DNA of 63,777 nucleotides, filler included, from Choristocarpus tenellus KU-1152 (Eukaryota; Protista; Phaeophyceae): the NCBI GenBank assembly GCA_964200185.2. It is 12 parts of 12 records of this genome, joined end to end, with 100 filler letters (N's around TTAATTAATTAA, not from the genome) between each part and the next. Parts side by side here need not be neighbours in the genome. Positions count along the whole stretch, not along the records: positions 11,587 to 17,469 come from CAXNAD020009518.1; positions 17,570 to 20,531 come from CAXNAD020023337.1; positions 20,632 to 23,704 come from CAXNAD020022512.1; positions 23,805 to 28,747 come from CAXNAD020012436.1; 8 more parts are not named here. One strand, given 5' to 3'. Position numbers and translations under genes: made by a program. The notes beneath the pieces are model-generated. The model saw nothing but the letters and a program-made list of their open reading frames with translations, ran no database searches and was not told where the DNA came from. Positions 12,451 through 24,769 of this stretch are shown here, in pieces. The stretch's first letter is position 1; every line of letters begins with the position of its first letter.

Positions 12451-14514
12451 AAAATAATAGTGCAGTATGTAGTTCGTGCCTCTGACCACAGGTCGGAATA
12501 GTCTCCAGTTAAATTGAAGATTATGGTCAACATATGTAACAAGTAGTGTGTTGCCTATTGCACTCCAATCAGGCACCTCAAAACTCTGCAACAACAAGGG
12601 CCATTACTACCAGGGAAGAACTGCAACTTGGAAGGCCAATAATGACTACCGATAACAGAGTTGAAATGAGAAGACTGATTGTGGATAGCCATAATATGTT
12701 GCTCTTGTGAACGGCCCCTGCCATGTTTAGAAGCGTTAAAACTGAAGATAATATTGCGGGTTTTGGACGTTGAAACCGCCAAGAACGAATTTGTGCATTG
12801 TGTTGGCTCAATATGACCCCAGACCTTTCTATTTGTGGTGTAAATGAGTGATTCATACCAGGTCCTCTGCCTTTCCATTTCGACCTGACTCTGAGTAACA
12901 AAGTGTGTTATTAGGTACGAAGTAAGTGAATGAAATTGTTATCTTTGTGACAACCCATCCACCAGTCCAAGAATGCAAAGGCTGACCCAAAGATTTGCAA
13001 CGTTTTTCAGTCTACACACAAGAAACTAATACTTTCAGCCAGAAAAGGTGAAAGATATTTCCGTCCTTGTGATCAAAGTCCGGCAGCTACAGCTATCCCC
13101 CTCCCCCATGAATTTTCAACATTATTCTAACTGAGGCGAATACAGTTCTAGAGTGAATGTCTCCTCCTCACTGCTAAGTTTGATCAAGGACACAACATAA
13201 GTCACACAGACACGAGACACTTTCGCGTTTTGCGCAGGACACACCTATCTAGCTGCATCAATAAATAAATGGAATAATGAGGAGATCCCAGGTACGAGAC
13301 ATGTCACAGTAACAATAGTTTCGTCTTGGGTAAAGCATTGGCTCTAGTGCACACTCATAAAAAGTAACAATGGTTGCCAGCACTCTTCAGGAGGTCGGCT
13401 GTGTATGTTATTATCCACTACTGCTCAGAACAAAGAGTTGATCTTGTCCATGAGGACGAATTTTACCCCAATCTATATTGATATCAATCTGTTGACAGTT
13501 GGTTATCCCTTTGGTCGTTGAGACCTCAGACCTTTTCAGTCAACCTTCAGTTTCTATTGTGCGGAACATTATAATTCATTACTTGCTTATCTCAACCACC
13601 ATCCTCACGCCATTCCTTATCGTTGTACCGAAAACTGACTCCTTGTACGACACAGTTATTCCTCCTCCTACTCTTATGTACTTAACCAAAGGAGCAATGC
13701 TGGTAGTACCACCACTATCGCACAAAGACTCAATAACACAAAGCACTCCCCTCCTCACGACACAGTATGGTACCAACAGCTATCATTGTCGCTGTTCATT
13801 ACCATTCACTAATATATATACATAAAACACAATCGAGTCAATAGCACAAATTGCTCACTACTGTTTGTCAATGTTTTTACTACAGATAAGTAGGGAAGTA
13901 GGCGGGGGCAAGGGCAGGGGGGAGATGTCTGGCAACGGTAACAACTCCAACACACCTTCGCTTCTAGTAACGGCTACAACTACCTCCAATACAGAATGAT
14001 TTAGGCATTTCAAACAGTCTTACATCATCAAACATTTGCTGGCTAGAGAGGTAAAGATTCCATTTGCAGTGAGCAAGGGGACCCCACTCTATGCTGAAAT
14101 CCTTGCCGAAGAGTGTATGATGTGCTCTTTACTTCTAAGGCAAGGTAAGCACCTGCGTAGCACATCCACCTTTTGCGTACAGCAAAGGAACTGTAAAAAA
14201 TTACCGAGAATGCGCCACACATATAAAACAAACAACCACAAGGACAACACTCCTTCATAACAAACTCAGGGACACTTGAGAGAGAAACAGTGGCCTGGAA
14301 AGTGATCAGCTCAAATATTATCAACAAGTAGGTATCACTGCTGGCCTACCAATACAAAAAAGGTGCGCTTGGATACGTACATAACCAAACAGATACACAT
14401 ACATTCCCAAGCACAAGACACATAGATGCCTGCATATTCTTCACAGCAGCAGTTCTCTACGATGCATGCAGCTTTGGCTTGCTGCAAAGATCCACCCCCA
14501 AGCAGTTACACTCA

Positions 14515-14748
14515 TCACAGCCCCATGGCGTATTGTTGTTCTTGTTGTGGCTTTGACGGTGCCATGCACATGACCTTACTGGCATGGCGCCAAACATGCT
14601 GCTGCACGGGACCGTTATCTATCTCCTCCCCGTCAAGGCTGGTCCTCCCCCGATTTGTAAGCGGTTCAAGGCGAAAGGCCCGGACGCAGTGGCACTGTAC
14701 AACGTCAACATGCCGCAGGTGTTTGCCTTTTTCCATGTCCATAAGTAG
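14515..14748 (-). CDS. SPHK: Sphingosine kinase (DAGK family), terminal exon
   Basis: LLMDMEKGKH..VRAFRLEPL..SLDGE..GPVQ matches the sphingosine kinase C-terminus (MEKGxH, AFRLEP, DGE); CAG acceptor, 78 codons to TGA. Confidence 0.85.
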   Translation of the reverse strand, partial: LLMDMEKGKHLRHVDVVQCHCVRAFRLEPLTNRGRTSLDGEEIDNGPVQQHVWRHASKVMCMAPSKPQQEQQYAMGL

Positions 14749-15748
14749 CTGTGAAGTGCGCATGATGTGCGCGTTTACAAGTTGTGTGAGCGAGCGAGGA
14801 AAAACAGACAAAAGTAAAACGGTTGGGGCAGTGAAATTAGTGTAACTAGTGGAAATTGTTGGTGGTGATGGATGCATCGGTTCATGCAGCTGAAGGCTTA
14901 ACTAGCACATTCTGGCTATAAAGTAGTGAGTTTTCACACTTCATTGTGGTATCATCTACACTTTTGAAATATCATCTACAACTTGTACACATGGCACACC
15001 TATTCACGAACGCTTGTCTCCTGCTTGTCCAGGATTGAGAACTAAAATCAGCCTTAAAACATATTGCAGTGCAGCATACGTTTGTACTTCTTATCTATAG
15101 TGCACTGCATGGTGTGTGTGTGAGTATAAAAAAGGTATACCTTCATTGTAAATACTGTGTAGTAGTACCACAAGATAAGTCTATACTCCACATCCTTACA
15201 AGAAATGTATTTAACAGCAGGTACTAACTACATTTCATATAGCTACAATTGTATATTATGGAGAACGCAACAAGTTTAAAAATCGAAGGGGAGTTGGCAG
15301 CAGCCAGTGTTGAGCACTTAGATATTTCTACCATGCAACCCCCCCTCCCCACAGTGTTTGGTGGTTGATGGGACACTTCACAGAACCGTCGAATGACTGT
15401 GCATCCTCTCAGCACTTCATTCCATCAACAAACCGTCTTGTGTGAGAGACCAAACTGAAACCAAACAAGGCTCGCAACAGGGCTGACAAATTCGTGCTCT
15501 CTCCACTTCCACGTCTGTCCACATACAGCCTTCGAAAGAGTGTGCAGGGAAAATAGAAACATGTATAAGTGAACGTCAGCACTAATTAAATCAAGTGGCA
15601 GCAGAGGGATCAAATTACACTCCTAAAGTTCCCTAAACAGACTTCACCAGAGGGGACAACACACATGTTGATGGTATGCACGGCCCATACCATCAACGGT
15701 AGAACACCAAACTATCAATTTATGTGATACCAAAACAACAAATGTCAC

Positions 15749-15859
15749 CTGCAGCATCTTCCACTTGCTAGCCCCTTTCTTCACTGTCAGGAGGTACATG
15801 GATCTGTCGCCAAGCCACGAGGCTGGGGCAATCGGCATATCATGCGACATGTACTTCAC
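15749..15859 (-). CDS. SPHK: Sphingosine kinase, penultimate exon
   Basis: VKYMSHDMPIAPASWLGDRSMYLLTVKKGASKWKMLQ; 111 nt, phase 0/0, CAG acceptor and GT donor; joins in frame to LLMDMEKG. Confidence 0.82.
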
Positions 15860-16790
15860 CTGTAAAGAAAAAAACAAAAAAAATGAAGTATGCACTTCCT
15901 CTCCTTCAGTGAAAGTCTTGAACAGTTCGCGGGGCAGACTATTCTACACGCACAAGTGTGAAACAGATGGAAACAGGCCGGCAGGTTCTTCGTAATGAAG
16001 GGGAGCGGGAAGACCCACGGGAGGCAAGTTCAAAGAGAGACAAGTCAAGAGGGAGAGCAATCCCTCAGAAGATCACTCGGTAAAGGAGTGATCCAGTGGT
16101 AGCGCAATGAGGGGGGGGTTGGCAAGGTCACTCCAAACCACCCGATCTTACTTCAAGCAGATGTTACCTTCAACATGCAAAAACAAATTTCATATGAATA
16201 TCAGAATCTTCAAGGTAGGTTACTTTCAGGGTGTACCTTCTGTGGAAGATGACTCTCACACAAGATAGGATAAATATCAGATTTTCATTGCTTCCTACGG
16301 TGGGGGTCTTGCAAGAACTCGTTTACGAGATGAACCCTAAAAAAATATCACGAAATCCAACTCGAGTCTACCTACTCCATCTACACTGTCCAATACTGTG
16401 ATTCTGAGCAGAGGAAGTATGTATCTCTTACGTAGTATTAGTAGTATGTAGCAAGGCATTGATTAGTGCTGTCAAGTAGGAGTTAATGACATCAGTCGAC
16501 GACTAAACTATTCTATCAGTCCAATAATAACAATTTGCATATAAACCCAACCAAGTTAAACTTTTAAAGTTACCTTTTTCCTGCGCATGTGTATACCTCG
16601 AGCGTCTGCCACGCACTTTCCAGTAAAATTCTACCATGTTTTTACTTTCCAAACCTCTCACGTTTGTTCCATGCCCTGCACACCCCCTTTTTTTTAATTA
16701 GCTAAATAACAAAAATAATCAAACGATAGATTAGTGTGCTTCACATTTGTGACATTTTCTTTCTTTAGGGCTCTTATACTGACATGTGAA

Positions 16791-16807
16791 TTAGGGTTAG
16801 GGTTAGG
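16791..16807 (+). repeat. Short interstitial telomere-like (TTAGGG)n tract
   Basis: TTAGGGTTAGGGTTAGG; CCCTAA-type tracts also at ~23810-23823 and ~24932-24976. Confidence 0.55.
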
Positions 16808-16844
16808 AATAGTTTTCATTGGTTTCCCCCCGCGGAAACATCTG

Positions 16845-16916
16845 GAAAATATCAGAGGGCATGATAATAAAAATATGATAGAAAATATCAGAGGGCATGA
16901 TAATAAAAATATGATA
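16845..16916 (+). repeat. Perfect 36-bp tandem duplication
   Basis: GAAAATATCAGAGGGCATGATAATAAAAATATGATA x2. Confidence 0.92.
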
Positions 16917-17126
16917 GTAGTATAGTGAGTATTGTATGTATGTACCTTTTCTCAGTCTGACGAAGTACAAAAATATCTTGAAATGAGGAAAAAAAAAGAA
17001 GAGAGATCCAAGTGTATCTTCAAATATTTGAATAGTTTGAATATTTCAAAAAGAAAATACTTGAGTGTTGGATTCGTATTTTTTTAAATCAAGGGAACTG
17101 ATTCAGAGGAATAAATTCTCTTTCGC

Positions 17127-17469
17127 TGTGTACAAATGTGAAAGTTTATGAAGTAATCTCTTGAGTCTTGTGGGCGGAAGAATTCTGGCTGGCTGGGGGC
17201 AGAGGACAAGGGAAGGTAGTGTAAAGAAAAAGAAGGAAGCAGGAAGAGAAAGAATAGTTAAGGAATGACTGGCTAAGGGGAAAAAGGTAAAAATAAATGA
17301 GTGGTAGGAAGAGGGAAGGTGAAGAGGAGTCTTCAGTATTTAATAAGAGGGCTGAGAACCAGGGGCACAGGACGAGGAGGGTGAGACCAAGACAACCTCC
17401 GAGCAAGCTCTCCCGCCCACCCACCCTGTCGCATGCTCACGAACGACGGGAACACTGGGAAAGGGGGGG
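17127..17469 (-). mobile_element. LTR-like family E, 3' part (contig breaks at the internal G-run)
   Basis: Clear similarity to 23362-23704, 22040-22400 and, inverted, 46880-47159 (AGTTTATGAAGTAATC; CAACCTCCGAGCAAG; GGGAACACTGGGAAAGGG). Confidence 0.8.
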
Positions 17470-17673
17470 NNNNNNNNNNNNNNNNNNNNNNNNNNNNNNN
17501 NNNNNNNNNNNNNTTAATTAATTAANNNNNNNNNNNNNNNNNNNNNNNNNNNNNNNNNNNNNNNNNNNNGGGCCGGGCCTGGGGGGTGGGGGCGTGGCAT
17601 GGAGAGTAGGCGGAATGGTGGGATGGCAAAAGGGGTGGAGGACGATTGTGAGCGGATGGATTCCAGCACGGCT

Positions 17674-18267
17674 TCAGTTCCCACACTCCTCTCCATGGCA
17701 GTGTAGTAGAGCGTTCTGGGCTGGCAGGGGTGCGGCAGGTGGGGCACGGGATGGGATATTGGGGCCTGGCACGGAGGTATTGAGACGAGGCACAGCCCAG
17801 ACCCAGTGAGTGTGTGCAGGAGAAAGGGAGTACTGGCTGTTGTATCTGGGAAAAACAGACCACACAGTGTTCCGGAGTGAGTTGACCTGGTTGTTGGGAT
17901 GGGCGTGGGTTGGGGTCCCCAGTGGGGAGGCTGGCCGTTGAATCCCAGTAATATCTCTTATCACCGCCTCTCCTGCCTCCTCCTCCTCATAGCCGTGTAG
18001 GGGTGGGCCCCTCTTCCTGTGACCATCATTGTGTGCCTCTACCACCTCTCTAGCCCCATCCCCTTGTGTGCTCGTTTGGTTTTCCGTCCGGGCTTCGCCA
18101 TCCTGCAGAGACGAGACCTGTCCACCTATTCCCGAAGAAGTGTGGTATGCTCTGCTTATGTTCCCCCCTCGCCCGTGCCTATCTCGTGGGCCGCCATTCC
18201 CATCCTCGATCACCTCCACCCCGTCCCCATGTGGGATGACTCCACCTCCACTCCGTTCTCCGTCCAT
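17674..18267 (-). CDS. Possible 5' exon or ORF, Gly/Glu-rich, unknown function
   Basis: ATG-initiated 197-aa GC-rich frame; no recognisable domain. Confidence 0.3.
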   Translation of the reverse strand: MDGERSGGGVIPHGDGVEVIEDGNGGPRDRHGRGGNISRAYHTSSGIGGQVSSLQDGEARTENQTSTQGDGAREVVEAHNDGHRKRGPPLHGYEEEEAGEAVIRDITGIQRPASPLGTPTHAHPNNQVNSLRNTVWSVFPRYNSQYSLSPAHTHWVWAVPRLNTSVPGPNIPSRAPPAAPLPAQNALLHCHGEECGN

Positions 18268-18629
18268 CCTTCTCGGTTCTGCGATATCGAAATCTGTGCG
18301 TCTATTCCCAGAGCAGGGTTAAACCCTCCACTTATACTAGTTCCTTGCCCCTGCCTGCCTCATGTACCGTCGTCGCCTTCCTCCATCACCTCCATCCCCT
18401 CCTCCTTCAACCTCAATATATTATATAGATATAGATATATTATTGTGCTCTGTGTATGCTAGACTATGTAGTGACCTTAACACTCCAGTTCAAAACGTAT
18501 GCAACACTATGCCATGTCTGTATGACCCCCAGACAAATAAAATAGTAAATAGATTAATGTCTTTTACATTTACAACAATGTTAAAATTTTTAGGGATTTT
18601 CTGAAATGTGAATAGTTTCTTTGGTTTTT

Positions 18630-18891
18630 GAGTGAAAATATCTTAGAGAGTACGAGTTTTGCCCTGTTTGTCCGTTGTTTGGGGCTTGGCCTCCCACGGG
18701 TTTTTTTTTATGACATCTTACCTACTGTGAAACATGGGGTAGGTAAAATGTGTACGTTATGAAAGGTGTATCCGGAACAAGGATATTGGCACTTCCTTAC
18801 CAAACATGATAGCCAAAATTACATCAAAATCGCAACATTGGATTTTTTCCTCCAAATGGACGTGGCTCCACCCTCTACGATACTTCGACTC
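18630..18891 (-). mobile_element. MITE family A, full-length copy
   Basis: Both TIRs present; flanks TTT(T)/TTT(C). Confidence 0.88.
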
Positions 18892-19029
18892 TTTCCCCTG
18901 ACATATCTGTAAAATGTCAGAGAGTATAATAATAAAAATTAATCTAATTCAATACTCATATACATGACAGATATTGTCATTGACAAAAACACAAACTACA
19001 ACATGATTGGACATCACAAAGGCAATAGA

Positions 19030-20195
19030 GAGACTGTACCTATATTAGAGAGGTCAATATAAGAGAGGGTAAATTGCCTTTTCACGATTTTTCAGCCTAT
19101 AAGAGACGTTTCGGTCTTTTCCTGAAAATGCTCTCTTATATCGAGCAAACTTGCATTTTTTTTCAGTACTTGACCAAGAGGTTTCCCAAAAGTCATGTCT
19201 AAAGCTAAGCAAAATAGAACAAAGTAAGACACAAGCTGCCAGAGACCAGCACTACACAGCATAGCACAGTCTTTTGTCTCTCAAGACTGCATAGTACAGT
19301 GCGTACAGTATATCACATCAAGTTTAGACGACTATATTGTACAGATATAACGATGCCCTGTTCTGCGGGATCCAGCTGCAACACACAGGGTAATACTCCT
19401 GGTCCACTACACTATACATGAAATAAGTGTCGCGTTTGTAGAGGCTATCTTCATGGCATTTGTGGCATCGTGGATCTTTTTTGGCACCAGCGAAATGAAA
19501 CACATGCAAAAGTTGTGCGCCAGCCCCACCAAGCACAAGGCTACGAGTCCTCCAGCCGGTGACAACACGGTGTCGAAGTGCCACGATAACAAGAAAGGTC
19601 AACATCCTCCCTGCCCCAATCCAAGCGGGGCTGACCTCAAAGTTTGTCAAAACTACTTGTACCTCCAACAAGTTCACCTCCAGTACTGACAACTCTGTTG
19701 AGGGCACCAATGAGAGCTGATGCACAGCATGCAGCGCTTGAGTGTCGGCAAGAGGAGCGACCATGTTGATGAGAATCTCTCCGGTGCTCTTGACGCTCTG
19801 TACCTCAAACCTGACGGGAAACCATCTCAGGCTTCCATTGACACAGCAAGAGCATGGATCAGTGTGGAAGACAACGATGAAATGGTCAATGTGATACCAG
19901 AGTACATGAAAGACCAGCTGCTCAAGGAATCCTTGTACCAGTCAGATAATGAAAGCTCGGGTGACAAGGATGACGATGGGTTTATGGGAGGGGCAGCCTA
20001 TTGCGGGTCATGAGGACAGGAGCGGCCTCTTCAGTGTTCTCGATTCCTCCACTGCTGTACTCGCAAGCATAGAAACAACCGCCGAAGAGTGCACAGGAAC
20101 GATGTTTCGTACTATCTCTGGAAAGCAAAGCTGGCTTGGCTCAGTGCAATCAGGGCGAGGGCAATCAGACAAGCGGACACCCGCGATATTTTTGG
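19030..20195 (+). mobile_element. Internally deleted DNA-transposon relic (pogo-like, tentative)
   Basis: Broken frame MPCSAGSSC..*NKCRVCRGYLHGICG (zinc-finger-like), then an acidic helical region (AWISVEDNDE..KAKLAWL). Left end carries repeated TATAAGAGAG-like motifs. No DDE core; right side interrupted by family E. Confidence 0.4.
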
Positions 20196-20288
20196 CAGTC
20201 ACGATTTTGTTTTGCTCACGAATTCTACATTATTATTATTATTTGCTCATTCCTAATTTGCTATTCCTCTATCCTCTATTCCCCATTT

Positions 20289-20531
20289 GATGACCAACCA
20301 GTGCGAATGCCCTTCGTCACTGATTGCCAGTCAGCCCCACATTGGATGACCAACCAGTGCAAATGCCCTTTGTCACTGGTTGCCAGCCATTACATTCGAT
20401 GACCAACCAGTGCGAATGCCCTTCGTCACTGATTGCCAGCCATCCCCACATTGGATGACCAACCAGTGCAAGTGCCCTTTGTCACTGATTGCCAGCCATC
20501 ACATTCGATGACCAACCAGTGCGAATGCCCT
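20289..20531 (+). repeat. Tandem array of hairpin units alternating 56/53 bp (109-bp higher-order repeat), within the 5' part of family E
   Basis: GATGACCAACCAGTGC starts at 20289, 20345, 20398, 20454 and 20507; each complete unit contains CAACCAGTG...CACTGRTTG. Confidence 0.92.
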
Positions 20532-20631
20532 NNNNNNNNNNNNNNNNNNNNNNNNNNNNNNNNNNNNNNNNNNNNTTAATTAATTAANNNNNNNNNNNNN
20601 NNNNNNNNNNNNNNNNNNNNNNNNNNNNNNN

Positions 20632-20721
20632 GTAGAGCCGCGTCTATTTGGGGCTCAAAATACAATGTTGTGATTTTGATGTAATTTTGGCTATCGTGTA
20701 CCCTCTAAGATAGTTTCACTC
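20632..20721 (+). mobile_element. MITE family A internal-deletion derivative
   Basis: Left arm joined directly to the right TIR at CTATCGTG|TACCCTCTAAGATAGTTTCACTC. Confidence 0.8.
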
Positions 20722-20858
20722 TTTAAGAATACAAATGTCCAACAATTTAAGATTTTTTTTCTCAAAAAATTGGAGGGTGCCATTTTTTTTTTGACCTTTT
20801 GGTTTCGGAACATTGGAAATAATTAATTATCATCAATTAAGTATGTCCTACTACCACC

Positions 20859-20993
20859 TTTGGCATGGATTCCCATTCAAAAAGGGGCACTTAAAAAAAA
20901 GTGCCGCAACATTTACAAAAGAAAAACATATGGGCACTTTCCGCGCACCATTTTGGGAAAAATCCATCCTCCATGAAATAATCCATCCGCCAT
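20859..20993 (-). repeat. Family D foldback element, one arm plus spacer
   Basis: Reverse complement of ~58118-58231, with an insertion in the spacer. Confidence 0.8.
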
Positions 20994-21017
20994 TATCTCG
21001 ATCCACTGTTCATTGAA

Positions 21018-21373
21018 TGAACATGGTCTGGACATGATAGAGAAGGTTTGAACTGGTTTGGCTGGTGGACATGAGTTGGTTTAGTGCTTTGAGGGACATG
21101 GAATGGGAGATGTTAAATTGTTGTTTTGGGACCGGTCCAGCCAGTGGACTGGACTATTTAGATCAGGACTTTCACCAGATGGGCAAATTAATTGATGTCC
21201 GTCTGCTAGCCAGACCAGTCCCACAACTATACAACACGTCCTGGTCCATGTCTCAACTGTCGCTGAACTGGTACATGTTCGCCTGCCAGACCAGGTCAAA
21301 AATTCTCCATCATGTCCCGCCCATGTCTGCTAGGAAAATGTACAGGTCTGTTGGCATGTCGGAACCATGTTCA
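21018..21373. mobile_element. Degenerate TIR element, family G (CATGTC/GACCA-rich)
   Basis: TGAACATGGTCTGGACATG vs reverse complement of 21355-21373 (16/19); related sequence at ~50905-51090. Confidence 0.5.
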
Positions 21374-22039
21374 CTACCATAAAAAATATCTACGTGTGAA
21401 ATGTTTGGTTGTACTCGAGAATAGATAACATAGGTACTGTTTCATATATTCTTTGGACTATCTTGGGTCAATATAATATGAATATGAATATGAATATATA
21501 CGAATGTGTAGTGAGAATGTAAGGAGGCATATATATATGTGAATCTTTTTCTAAAATTTACATACTTATATGTTTATTATTTGACTTTTGACCTTTGAAG
21601 AGTGAGTGACGAAAGCGGGGATGTCTGTTGTTATACCGTTTTTGCCGTATGCATATGTCGACATACCGATTAAAGTTCTTTTCTGAGAACTTCGGTTTCA
21701 GTGTGTAAAAGATCTTTGGAAGGATAAATTTCCGTGACTTTCTGTGACGTCTCCTGATAATAAGGTTTCCAGGATGATAATGTCCCATCTGTGAGAGGTT
21801 TATTTACTGAAATCCATCCAAACCGCGATCATCTCCATTTCCTCAGTTCTTGTTCTTATCCTTGTTCTTATCCTCTGTAGTTTTCGCACTTGTCCAACCT
21901 TAACCTCATCCTCTGAGTTACGGTTCGTCTTGGTCCGTCTGGTCCGTCTTGATTCTCTTCGCCGCCCTTCTCTGAGTGAACCATGCCACCACAGAATCAC
22001 ACCATTCACAATAGTGTCAAAATACAGTTTGAAGTCAAA

Positions 22040-22757
22040 TGTAGTAAAGGGGAAGTTTATGAAGTAATCAAAGTTTTTCAGACGGGAGAATTCTGGGAGG
22101 AATGACTCATGGGGAGCAGAGTGCTGAATAGAGTAAAAAACAATGATGAGAAGGTGGACGAAGAGTTTAGTATTGGGTGGCTAGGAGGCAGAAGATGTAG
22201 GAGAGAAGTTAAAGGAGATGGGTGGTAAGTGGAAGCACGAGGTAGGAAGGGATGGATCAAAACATCAGGGAAACTTGATGTTGGTGGGACAGGACAAGCA
22301 GAGCTAGAATAAGGCAAACTCCGAGCAATCTTTCCCACCCACCTTTCCTTTCGATCGCTCACAACTGACTGGGATGCTGGGGAACAGGGGGGGGGAGGTC
22401 AAGTTTTGTAAGGTAGATGTCTTCTAGTTCAAAGGCATGGTAATGAAGTAGATGATGAAGGGGTATTCTTGGATGATTGTGAAGTGGTGTTGAATGGTGT
22501 GGTAGACTGGAAGGCGGTGTGGGGTTGAGTGGGGTTGAATTGTGGGGTGGAGTGGAAAGTTGTGGTGACTGGAAATCAGGGGCGAAGGGGATGCACTGGT
22601 TGGTCACGGGATAGGCTGGTGGCTGGAAGTCAGTGACGGAGGGGCTGCACTGGTTGATCACAAGTCGTGTTACGATGAGGGAGTAGAATGGGTGGAATGC
22701 TAACAGAAGAATAACAATCCAGAATTCGCGAGCAAAGCAAAATAGAAAATAATATCA
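22040..22757 (-). mobile_element. Family E, apparently complete ~720-bp LTR-like unit
   Basis: On the minus strand: purine tract GAGAGGGGG-TAA, then TG start, ATTTTGCTTTGCTCGCGAATTCT (shared with ~20204), two hairpin units, C-run, conserved 3' part, CATAAA about 20 nt before a terminal ACTACA. Confidence 0.65.
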
Positions 22758-23361
22758 TTACCCCCTCTCAAATGTTTCAGATGTGTGAGGGGAAAAGTTT
22801 TTTATCGATGTCACAAGCACCCCTGTAAAAGTAACAGTTGTCGAAAATGAGAAAGATATCTCTCCAAAATATATTTTCGATTTGAACACCAGCTATACTG
22901 CACCACTCCCATAGAAGCTCGTAATTACAATGTGATGCGTGCACTGGTGCTATGCCTCCAGCCTAGGCTTAGCCCTACACTACAGACCGAGGAGTTAATA
23001 TCAATATATGAGGTCGCCAGCCCCATTGTCAAATAAAATATTACCAGGTCGGTCATAGATAAATGTTTTTACTTGTCTGGGTCCATACATAGCCGTCACA
23101 ACTTAACATGCTACTTACTCCACAAGATCAGGGCCACTGGGCGACCATATAAAATTGACTTTTCAACATGGTCGAGTCCATGGCCGTCCCTACTCAACAT
23201 GACTGGGACTGCCGGTCACTCATGTTCAGCCAAGTTTGTACCAGGTCCATGGTTATCAATCCTTTCAATATCACTAGGTTAGGGGCTGATCGGGGGTAAA
23301 TGGTCGACAGTGGATATACTAACTGCTTGTCCTGATGAAAACCTCTGATTTAAATTATTTG

Positions 23362-23704
23362 TGTAGTGAAAGTGAGAGTTTATGAAGTAATCTGAGTTTT
23401 GTGGTGGGAAGAACTCTGGTTGGCTGGGGGCACAGGACAAGCGTGAGCAGGGGAAAGAAAAAAAAGGAAGCAGGAAGAGAATGAATAGTTAAGGAAGGGA
23501 AGAAAGGGTAAATGGAAATGGTAGATAAGGGGAAGATCAGCATCCAGTCAGTGATAAAAGGAAAGAAGACCAGGGGTACAAGACGAGGAGGGGAGACCAA
23601 GGCAACCTCCGAGCAAGCGTCTCCCGCCCACCCACCCTGTCGCTTGCTCACGAACTACGGGAACACTGGGAAAGGGGGGGGGGAGGGGAGGTCAAGTTCC
23701 GGCG
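23362..23704 (-). mobile_element. LTR-like family E, 3' part
   Basis: Homologous to 17127-17469; ends ACTACA on the minus strand. Confidence 0.8.
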
Positions 23705-24379
23705 NNNNNNNNNNNNNNNNNNNNNNNNNNNNNNNNNNNNNNNNNNNNTTAATTAATTAANNNNNNNNNNNNNNNNNNNNNNNNNNNNNNNNNNNNNNNN
23801 NNNNCAAAACTAACCCTAACCCTGACAAAAAGGATATTTAATTAAGGGAATTTTTCTCTCTTCACATATGTTTTGAAATTCTATGCGCATGTCCATGATG
23901 GCGTTGAAATAGAACAAACACAGACATAAAAATGTATATATATGTATGTAACTCTCCATGTGCTATTTCTTCTTTAGTGCATAACAAAAAAACTTTCGCC
24001 AAACCACATATACGACAAACCCCACACTCCCCTACTCTGTCGACAACAAACCAAAAGGCCTGGACAATATAGAGGAATCGTTGTCACAGTTCTTCGAGAG
24101 GACCACACCTATCGCACCGCAGATGTACGATGACGACCTACCAGCCACTAGGGGATCTCACTAACAACGGGAATGAACTAGTGGACTCCGGAGGGGTAGA
24201 CCCTAGGACGTCCCAAAGGCAAGACCAGGCCTCCGCCACAGCGAGATACACTCCAATGTAGCCTTTGTGTTCTGAAATTACCTGAAGGAGGGATTAGCGC
24301 TTGAAGACTAGGCATAGCGAAGCATATGGTCACCATATACTTCCGAAATCACACATCTGTATCGAAATCAGAGAGACGT

Positions 24380-24769
24380 GAGTGAAAGTATCTTAGCGGG
24401 TTCGAGTTTTGCGCTGTTTGTCCATTTGAGGCTTGGCTTCCCATGTTTTTTCTAATGACATTTTCCTACTCCAAAATATTTCGGAGTAGGTAAAATATAT
24501 GCGTTATGAAGAGTGAAAGGATCTTAGAGGGTACGAGTTTTACCCTGTTTGTCCATTTGGGGTTTGACTTTCCATGGGTTCTTTTATGACATTTTTCTAC
24601 TCTAAAATATTTCGGAGTAGGTAGAGTATGTATGTTATGAAAACTTGTGTCCACAACATGGATATTGACACTTCCTAACAATCACGATAGCCAAGATTAC
24701 ATCAAAATTGTAACATTGGATTTTGGTCCCCAAATGGACGCAGCTCTACCCTCTAAGATACTTTGGCTC
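24380..24769 (-). mobile_element. MITE family A compound copy: half copy 24380-24510 abutting full copy 24511-24769
   Basis: GAGTGAAAG TIR at both 24380 and 24511, single opposite TIR ending at 24769; CGT duplicated on both outer flanks. Confidence 0.88.

Noticed and set aside
12500-13780. Possible Gypsy RT relic on the minus strand
   Set aside because: Only faint motif echoes (RID, YLG) across many frameshifts.
20289-20531. CRISPR-like array of palindromic repeats
   Set aside because: No unique spacers, units repeat in full, eukaryotic context and no cas genes.
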